Source: Lytechinus pictus | Taxonomy: Eukaryota | Reading direction: 5' to 3' | Assembly (NCBI RefSeq): GCF_037042905.1 | Contig: NC_087262.1 | Coordinates: 22,506,001-22,570,000 of the forward strand | DNA: 64,000 nucleotides | Part shown: positions 55,622 through 64,000 of the stretch, one piece after another | How positions within the stretch are numbered: the first letter of the stretch is position 1 | How the letters are laid out: every line of letters begins with the position of its first letter | Program-made: the position numbers and the translations under genes | The notes under the pieces: generated by a model | The model's input: only the letters and a program-made list of their open reading frames with translations | The model's database searches: none | Told to the model about the DNA's origin: nothing

Positions 55622-58600
55622 GTAAGAAAAATTCACTCTTAAAACATATTAAATAATGATTTAATTTTGTCCATCAATATTTGTCAAAATGTTGAGAGCA
55701 AGACATCCACTGTCGTTAGGAAGTCCCGATTTCACTGCTGAATACTTGAACAGGCTTCGGTCCCACATACCGTATTTAATGTCACGTTTTGGGTCATGTG
55801 GGTCGCCTAATCGGCGCCAATGCACTTACGACCCGGCTGACTATGAGCAGTGGCGTAACAGGCGGGGGGGAAAGCTGCCCCCCCTGGCGGAGCTCACCGG
55901 GAAAATTAAAAAAACGGGAAAAAGACAAAAAAGGGGGAGGGAAGGGAAAGGGAAAGGAAAGAAAAAAGGGGAAAGGAAAACCGAAAAGGGAAAAGAAAAC
56001 TAAGTAAGAAAAAACATAAAAAAGGGAAAACGGAAAGATAACGGGAAAAGCCAAAAGGAAGGAAAAAAGAACAAGTGAGAAAGAACAATTCGCCCCGATA
56101 TACAAATACATTAGCATGATTAGTAAGACAGGGAAATAAATTAAAGATGACAAAAAGGCAAACAAAAGCGGGAAATAAAGGCAGAATGGAATTAGGCCTA
56201 GCCAAAATCTAAATTGGAAAATAAAGAATAGGGACAAGATTAGCCAGGCGGCTTCTACTTCTAGAGAGTAAAAATCATTTACTAACGTAAGGTTAGGCCT
56301 ACTCTCAATCTCATACGAAGCCAGGCCTTCTATCTCATAGACCCACACAGAGCCAGCCAAAACCTGAAACTTTCACCCCCGAGATTTCTACTTTCCTTCT
56401 AAAAGATCTAGCTCTAATTCTAAATCATGTACATGGGATAAAACTTCATTTCCGACATTTCTACGCTCTCGTTGTTATTTTTAAAACCAGAATTCATCCA
56501 AAAAATGAAAAAATATTGTGAAAAGACGGAAGAGACTTGCCTGATGTTTACGCCGCCATCTTGTTTCTTATTGTACTTTCCCAACGTTATGCGACGCTCG
56601 CGTTGTTGAAAAAAAAATTCTCATTTTTTTGATGAATTCTTGTTTAAAAATAACAACGAGAGCGCAGAAATGTCGGAAATGAAGTTTTATCCCATGTACA
56701 TGATTTAGGGCTAGATCTTTTAGAAGGAAAGTAGGAATCTTGGGGGTGAAAGTTTCAGGTTTTGGGGTCCTTCGTGTAGGTGAATGAGAAGGAAGACCTG
56801 GCTTCATTGAGAGTAAGCCTACGTTAGTAAATGATTTTTACTCTCTAGAAGCCTCCTGGCTACCCTCGCCTCGCTAATTTATGTACTTGAAAAGATCGAT
56901 GACCAAAAAAAATCTTGTAAGGGGGTAACCCAGGGAGCTCCGGCCTGCGAAGCGGGATGGAGCTCCCTGGGTTAGTAAGGGGGAAGTTTTTTCCGCCAGA
57001 AATATCACCGCCGAGATCGCACATGATTGATCTATTGCAAGATGCACTCTACAGGGTACCTCGAGCGATGTTCGTGCAGGCTCCACTCCACTTCACTACC
57101 GCTACACTACGCTCCACCTACCCGTACATCGAGACGGTGAACCAGTTGGGATATACCGAGTCACATAGGTGGGATGGAAATCATGTTTATCGTAAAAATT
57201 AAAGAAAAAAAATATAACCAGAAAGATGAATAACTTAATATCTTACTTAGACAGGAATAACCGACGTTTCTGGGGATTTATTCAACGATTTCTGACATTT
57301 TACTATCATTTCCCATTCACCGACGGTAGTGTGTTAGTGTGAGCTTGTGTTATCACATCCTCCCTTTTGCCGATTAACTGTCCACACTTCGATATGCTTT
57401 TTTACATTGAATTTACACTCTAAGGATTTATAAACTACAATATATCAATCTTTCATACATGTATATAATCAATGAATAACTGTCAACGAAATAGATTAAA
57501 AGGTATGAAAATGGAACTTTACCGATGTTTACTTGCGACTTGGACACCAGAATCACTCCCAAAATGGCAGCCAAAATATGAGATATATACAAACGAACAG
57601 AGAGTGCATCAACAATTTACGAATGTGATATCGATATTGCTTTCGATATTGATTATTATGCGATCTGCTCCACATGCGAGCTAAACCGCTACGATCACAG
57701 GTAGCAGACGACATTTGATATATCGAGACATTAACAAGTTAGTAACGATAATGACGTCATTCAAGATGGCAACTTGCAAGAAAAACCGTCAGCTCAGGTG
57801 AAAATGTCTTAGATGAAAGATTTCTCGATCATCCAGAGGATTTTTATCAATAACTCCAGTCCAAGGTACGCAATTACTTAAAGTGATTTATATTTCCCCG
57901 ATAATGGAAACCATGAAACTGCGATCGGTCGCAGGTCAAACCGATCGCGATCGCATGCGATGTTTTGAAATCGGCCGTGAATAATACGTGTGAGGAAAAA
58001 GATACTGGCCCAAAATCACCAATTTTGAGGATAACTGGAGGATGGAAACGGAGTGAAGTACGGGTATAGAGTAAGATATTAAGTTATTCATCTTTCTGGT
58101 TATATTTTTTTTCTTTAAGTTTTACGATAAACATGATTTCCATCCCACCTTTGTGACTCGGTATATCCAAACTGGTTCACCGTCTCGATGTTCGGGTAGG
58201 TGGAGCGTAGTGTAGCGGTAGTGAAGTGGAGTGGAGCCTGCACGAACATCGCTCGAGGTATCTACAGGGGTACAATCACAGAGAGGGAAATAGAGTATTC
58301 TTCTGCCCCGCATAGAACTAGACTTGAACGTTAGCAATACAGGGATTGCTTTACAAATTTGAATAGCATTTTTGGTCATAAGAGAAAAGCTCTCAACTAA
58401 GTAATGTACAGTCCTTTGTAAAAATATGCTATACAAAGACTTTATGCATAGCAGTCTTTCAAAAATGTGGAGCAAATTGCGATGCGATACCAGGAAAATT
58501 AATCCCTGCGATATGCCGCGATGTTGGCTTCAATGCATTATTAACATAACAAGAGAACCAACGTGCCTATACAAATTTTGTGCACATCCACGAGAGCGCT

Positions 58601-61600
58601 TGTGCGCTTGGTTGGTTGGTTTTAGAGATGATGGCGCTATCCCATCGATATCAATGGAATAGCGGCTATGGCCATGCCTATCTTAGTCAGACATTGCTTC
58701 ACTGCCTTAGCTTTGCCATAATTATTTTGATATGAACTGAAGTTAGTGACCAAAATTATGCGAACATGCGGCGGACAAATGGATGTGCTGCTGGAGGCAT
58801 ATCTTTTGGTCACTAACTTCAGCTTCCAGACAAAACTACGGCAAAGGCCGAAGTCAATCATGCCAAGTGAAGCGATGTCTGAATGAAAATTATTTGACAA
58901 TGACGTCAAGAGCTAGCCAAAATACAGCTGTTCCTGATCGGGATATTCTAGAAAGCGATTTGCATTTTGATCTTGAATTGTGATTAAGGGAGACTTGCTA
59001 TGACATTTTCAAATTTTCTAGAAATTGGCCGACTGCATAAGCGCCCACTAGATCTAATCAGTGTAAATAAAAATAGACTTTCTTAGCTGGAAAATATTTT
59101 TCTTTGCTCATTTCAGCAAACTGATTTTAAATAAATATTTCATCTGCGGTCATCCGAACCGTCGTATCACACATACGACGGTGCATACCCATTTCAGAGA
59201 AAATCAACTTCAAAGTTTACTATAATTTTCAGACTTAGTTCCCCAGCCTTACAACATATTCATTGCTAGAAAAATGCATGGTTGGAAAGACCAAGACAAT
59301 TGCTTGACATTGGTATCCTTATTTTTACACAAAACTAAGGATTGGAGAAAATATCGCAAAAGAGCTACATGCTTGTAATTTCTGTTTTAGCGGCTCAGAT
59401 TTTCCCTGTATAAAAACGCCATAGGGAAAAAGCAATACCTTTTGACTGACCGCGATTTCAATGCGCGTGATCAGTCAAAATGTATCGCTTTTCACGTGCA
59501 GAGTCAATGCAGTGCCAGTGGTGATACGACGGTTTGGCTGACCGCACGTATTAAAATAGCGGTCAGTCAAAACGTCGTATCGCTATGCTACAGTACACGT
59601 TTTCAATTGGATTTGCACATTTTATTACAAATTTGTATGGCATCACCATGAAAATCCCCTCATATCTCAAAAACTAAAATAAATTGCTGCAAAGAAATTT
59701 AGTTATGAATAGAATAGGACTTGTACTTTCATTTTCTGCAAAAATCTCAAAATCAATACAACGGTTCGGATGAATGCCGCCGATTTGTTCTCCGATATCT
59801 AAAGTAATTGATCTCCTGTAGTTTAGCCACATCAGACAAGTCAGTTGTCATATCTCTCAGTCTCTTTTTTACGTATTGCTGTCGTTCAAACTTTATTTAT
59901 ATTTTGGTTTGAACTTAACCTCTATGAAAACAATGTTTCTCAATTTAAATGACGTTTAATGAAATGCTATTATCTTTCTTGCAGGCAATATCGCAAGAGG
60001 TCACAATCCAAATCCCCCGAAGCTGATGATGACAGCTCCAAGAAGAAACGATCTCCAGAGAGATCAAAGGATAAGGACAAGGAGAAAGAAAGGAGGAGGT
60101 CACGTTCCAGGTCTAAGAGCAAAGAAAGGTCACGAAAGTCGCGCAGCAGAGAGAGAGATCGTAGGTCTCGCAGCAAAGAGAGGGAGCGTAGATCGCGCAG
60201 CAGAGAGAGAGAACGTGATAGGTCGAGAAGGTCAAGATCCAGAGAAAGAGAAAGAGACAGAAGAAGGTATGAATCCACCTGACATTTGCTCAGTACTGCA
60301 AAAAAGTACTCCTGGGGCCCGTTTCGTAAAGCACTTGCAACTGTTGTAACTTTGCCATCATGGCAACTACATGTACCATGGTAATCTTGATTTTGATTGG
60401 CTGCTGAGCCCTGTTGCCATGGTAGTTGCCATTATGGCAAAGTTTCAACAGGTGCATGTCCTTTATGAAACGGGTCCCTGATCCTTTCTTTGTTATTAGC
60501 CAGAAGACTTATGGTTATTGTTAGGATTATGATTGGGTTGTTGGTACAGAATTGTGTGTGGAATAGGATTGGGGTTCAGGTTAAGATTTATAATTGGTCT
60601 GATGTTCCTATTTTATCAAAGGAGCAATTTCCTGACTCAGCAAAGTGTGATTTTCTGTGCAGACTAACACTGCTTCTTGGGATAAAGCAAGAGGGTTATC
60701 AATATCTTTGTCATATATTGAGATTACAAGAACATGTTTTTTTTTAATTTTTCGAAATCAAATATAAATTAGTTCAGGAGGTGTTTATGATGTATGCAAT
60801 TGGTCTTTTGTTCCTATTTCATCATCTGAGCGTTTGATAACAGAGCAATAAATATAATAATTGTTAACAAAAGTGATTCTCTTGGCCGAACAAGGTTGCA
60901 TCTTTGGAATAGAGAGCTACAATGCAGAGATATAGGGTTCTGTAATATGCTTTTCTCATATTATATTGATGGAATAAGAACAATTACTCCCATATTTTTT
61001 AATTGGTTAGTAAATGGTTGTTTCATGATATGTAGTGCAGAGATGCCAACCGTTACGTGTTTGCCGTATTTGTTACGTTTTTTCACCCAAAATACGGCGT
61101 TACTTTTTTTCTTTGTAAAATACGTTTTCTTAAAATTTCGATCGTGTACAATATGCATTGTGTTTACTCTAGCTGGGTGTTTAAGGTGAGTGTGCATTAC
61201 AATACATGTAGGTAGTGCGGTAATGAATTACGCATAAAAATCCCCAATGTGGTGGTGCTTTGTGCAGGGCATAAATTAAGGTATACCATAAAATTAATCG
61301 ATGGCCAGGCCGTCGATGCCCCTATAACTGGCCGTGATGCCTTTACAAAAAGTGATCAATTCACAGCCAAAAAGGCCGTGCCCTTTTTTTCTACCTGGCC
61401 GACGTGCCCTTTTTCAAAACTGGTCATGCCCTTTCTCAGTCAGTGTAAGATTAAAGTTTACAAAGTTCTCCCATATTTCACAAGCAAAAATACAGAAGAG
61501 AGAGAGAAAAAAACAAAGTTAAAAACTAACTCTGATCAATTCAAACTGCAAGCCATTTTCCGTGATTTTCTGGGATCTACACACAGACACACACACACAC

Positions 61601-63885
61601 GCAAAGTTAGCATACAGTGTACATGTACCAGCTGCCGCACGTGGCTTGGCCTGCCTGCCTGTGTGGTGTGTGGCAGGCTTGCATGATCGGAGGAGATTTG
61701 CAAACTCTGAATCAAAGTGAACAATCTCACATGATTAACAGTTTTTCCAACAAAATAATCACAAAATCGGCAGGACATTTTTATAATTACATATATATGG
61801 ATCCTCAGATTAATGATTTGGTGATGTAGTCGTAGGAGCAAGTTATCGAGTTTTCATTACTAGATCGGTCTAGTTGTTTCAGCTTTTGTTTTGAGTGAAA
61901 TCTCGTGTTCGCACCAATAACAAGAAGACAAGACAATGGGAAGAGGGGGGAAGAGAGATGGCGTAATGCCGCGATGTTCATTTTATTAAAGTTTGACAAT
62001 GTTTCACTTTGAAATTTTATTCGTTTCTAAAACATTTTAGTTTTCTAACAATTTTTAAATATATTATAAAAAAGACAAATATCAGTAAAATTTTTGTTAG
62101 ATGATTACATTTGTTTTGTTTGCTTGAAGCTTGAATTTTTTTCCTCTTTAATTCTTTCTTCCTTTCTTTATTGCTTTCTTTCGTTCATTTTCTTTCTTTT
62201 TTTCTTCATCCTTTCTTCTATCCTTCCTGCTTGCTTTTTTTGTTCTATCTTATTTCAAATCTTTCCTAGCTTTCTTTCCTGATCCTTTCTCTCTCTCTGT
62301 TCATTTTTTGTTCTTCCCTTCCTTTTCTTTCCTTTCCTTTTATTTCCTTTCTTCTTTCTTTCCTTATTTTTTTTTTGTGCCCTTCCTCTCCTCTTCTCTT
62401 TTCATTCTTTCTGTCATTCCCTCTTTCTTCTTTTCTTTCATTCTTTTCTTGCTTTCACTCTCTTTCGCTTCATTCTTTCCTTCCTTTTCTTTTCCTTTCC
62501 CTTATTCTTTCTTATCTTCCTTCCTGATTTTTTCTCTTTCTTTTTCTTTTTCCATTCCTTCTTTCTCCATCTTATCTTTTCTAAATTCCCTTTTCTATTC
62601 CATCTATATTTATTTCTTATTATTTCCTAGCTTTCCTTCCTTTTTTCTGTGTTCATTTATTTTCTTCATTCTTTCCTTCTTTACATGTCCCTCATTGTTT
62701 TTTTTCTTTCTTTCTTTCTCTTACTTTCCTTCCTTTTTTTGTAATTTTATTTTTTCTTTCATTCTTTCATTTCTTAAAATTGTCTTTGCATCCTTTTCCC
62801 TTCCTCTCCCTTTCCTTTTCTTTCTCTCCTATTATTTTCTTTCTTTTTTATTCTTTCCTTCCTCTCTTTCATCCTTTATTTCATTCTTTTTCCTTTTTGC
62901 TATTCCCTTTTGCTATTCCCTTCCTTCCTTTCTCCCTCCCTTTCTGTTTTCTTCTTTCTTTTTCTCAAGGAATGAAAGAAAAAAATTATTTCCTTCATTC
63001 CTTCATTCATCCTCCATGTTTTTTCTTTTCCTTTTTTCGTTCAAACATTCATTCATCATCCCTTCCTTTCTTTTTCTTTCCTTTTTTTTGTTTTATTTAT
63101 TTCAAAGAATGAAGAAAACCTTTCTTCTTTCCTTTATTATTTCTTTAATTCATTTTTTCTTTCTTCTTTTATAATTATTTTCAGTGATTCCCTTTTTTAT
63201 TTTGTGGTACGGTTCGGTCGTTTTGCTTCGTTATATTTTACAAAATACTTTAAAAAAAATCAAAATACTGTTTTTTTCCTCTCAGAATACTGTTTTTGCT
63301 TTTTGGAGGTTGGCATCTCTGGTAGTGACAATTGCCCTTTGAAAAATCTGGATTTAATTTAAAACCGGGCTTAAAACTTTACCCTTATCTGATCCTCACA
63401 TTATTTAAATCCCCAATTTTACTGTTTCCTTCTTCATATATTTTTTTTTCATTTTAGAAAGCTTTAATGGAAATGCAAATTTAGCCAAAACAGATTTCCC
63501 ATCTCTTGGAAAATTTTTAGTTTTGCATTTTTTTCTATTTCACTAATGTGGAAAATGATCATCCCAAATTCTCTATTGCTTTTACACACTGACTTCTTAT
63601 ATCTGTAATTCCAATAGCCTTTATACAGGGATCACTTAGTTCCAGTAGGCAGAGATTTAATAGTCTTTTATCACATTTCAGAGATAGAAGAAGTCCCCCT
63701 CGAAGAGACAGGGATAGAGATCGAGATAGAGACCGCGATAGGGACCGAGACAGGAGATCCAGGCGCTCAAGGAGCAGGGACAGGACCAGGAGACGGAGGT
63801 CCAGGTCTCGCACCAGGAGTCCCAAGCGAAACAAGAGAAGTCGGAGCAGGGGTCGGAGGTCACCGTCTGCCGATCGAGCATCTAG
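55605..63885 (+). CDS. DDX46: Probable ATP-dependent RNA helicase DDX46 (Prp5), 5' part: exons 55605-55621, 59985-60266 and 63682-63885; continues beyond the window
   Basis: Spliced N-terminus MPRESRQYRKRSQSKSP resembles the vertebrate DDX46 start MGRESRHYRKRS and is followed by a long RS/RD domain. All junctions are GT-AG, phase 2. The helicase core is not in the window, so identity rests on the N-terminus. Confidence 0.8.
55848..56240. mobile_element. Left part of a CAGTGGCGTA-terminus MITE with an A/G-rich interior
   Basis: CAGTGGCGTAACAGGCGGGGGGG...CCCCCC terminus; right end not found. Confidence 0.55.
56241..56862. mobile_element. Palindromic MITE with TAGCCAGG(C/A)GGCTTCTA termini (Academ-like)
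   Basis: ~270-bp inverted arms; same family as 2074-2492; no TSD seen. Confidence 0.85.
57057..58260. mobile_element. Young 1204-bp non-autonomous DNA transposon with ~190-bp TIRs and a 9-bp TSD (AcademH-like; MULE is the alternative)
   Basis: TCTACAGGG|TACCTCGAGCGATG...CATCGCTCGAGGTA|TCTACAGGG; TIRs nearly identical. Confidence 0.92.
59150..59773. mobile_element. Unclassified MITE
   Basis: TIR TCATCCGAACCGT(C/T)GTAT / ATACAACGGTTCGGATGA; TSD not evident. Confidence 0.7.
59985..60266 (+). CDS. DDX46: DDX46 coding exon 2 (RS domain)
   Basis: ttcttgcag|G CAA TAT CGC AAG...AGA AG|gtatga; 282 nt. Confidence 0.9.
60314..60478. mobile_element. Harbinger-type palindromic MITE
   Basis: GGGGCCCCGTTTCGTAAAG ... 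CTTTATGAAACGGGTCCC. Confidence 0.8.
61038..63321. mobile_element. Non-autonomous hAT-type element with a 6-bp TSD, containing a ~1-kb pyrimidine tract
   Basis: GTAGTG|CAGAGATGCCAACC ... GGTTGGCATCTCTG|GTAGTG (perfect 14-bp TIR). Confidence 0.88.
62140..63170. repeat. CT-rich low-complexity tract
   Basis: Degenerate (TTTC/TTCC)n; the source of spurious F/S/L ORFs. Confidence 0.9.
63682..63885 (+). CDS. DDX46: DDX46 coding exon 3 (RD/RS repeats)
   Basis: catttcag|A GAT AGA AGA AGT CCC CCT...GCA TCT AG|gtgggt; 204 nt; phase 2-2; stop-free. Confidence 0.88.
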
Positions 63886-64000
63886 GTGGGTTCCTGTCTG
63901 GCTTTCCTATCTTTTGAATAGTATACAAATAATGCACGTAAGAGCATGCATGCAGGGCCAAATAATGAATGACGTGCGAGAAGAGCCAATAGATATACCG

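Noticed and set aside
55794-56360. 188-aa hydrophobic ORF and overlapping K/G/E-rich ORFs
   Set aside because: Translations of the A/G-rich MITE interior.
62308-63174. 288-aa F/S/L-rich ORF (and 62780-63112)
   Set aside because: Translation of a CT-rich low-complexity tract inside a transposon, within a DDX46 intron.

Overview
AT-rich, intron-rich animal genomic DNA, not prokaryotic. The repeat families and the ATCAAAATG-type start contexts suggest a sea urchin (inference). Two recognisable host genes lie head-to-head. The first is a complete minus-strand SH2D4A/B-family adaptor gene: 8 core coding exons at 48688->29470, 466 aa, with a GC-AG intron, a candidate 12-nt microexon, a candidate 66-nt cassette exon and a C-terminal ETPL motif. 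The second is the first three coding exons of a plus-strand DDX46/Prp5-like RNA helicase (from 55605, RS domain only, continuing past the window). The left 23 kb is accessory-like. It holds a decayed ~7.4-kb Academ-type DNA transposon carrying an SGNH/GDSL esterase fragment fused to the transposase Cys8 tail, and a small 3-exon secreted Cys-rich prepropeptide gene or pseudogene (TATA box, signal peptide, RFRR site). It also holds a 7.1-kb G/T-strand minisatellite that starts exactly at an ATG inside what looks like a spliced transcription unit. The rest is dense in non-autonomous DNA transposons (Academ-like, hAT including one with a 6-bp TSD, piggyBac, Kolobok, Harbinger, Tc1/mariner), tRNA-derived SINEs with swapped tails, a LINE 3' fragment and two ~500-bp fold-backs. 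Comparing paralogous repeat copies shows repeated TA->TACATGTA and TA->TAGGCCTA +6-bp insertions that look like transposon excision footprints. All exon models were built by hand from splice signals and reading phase; no database searches were run.
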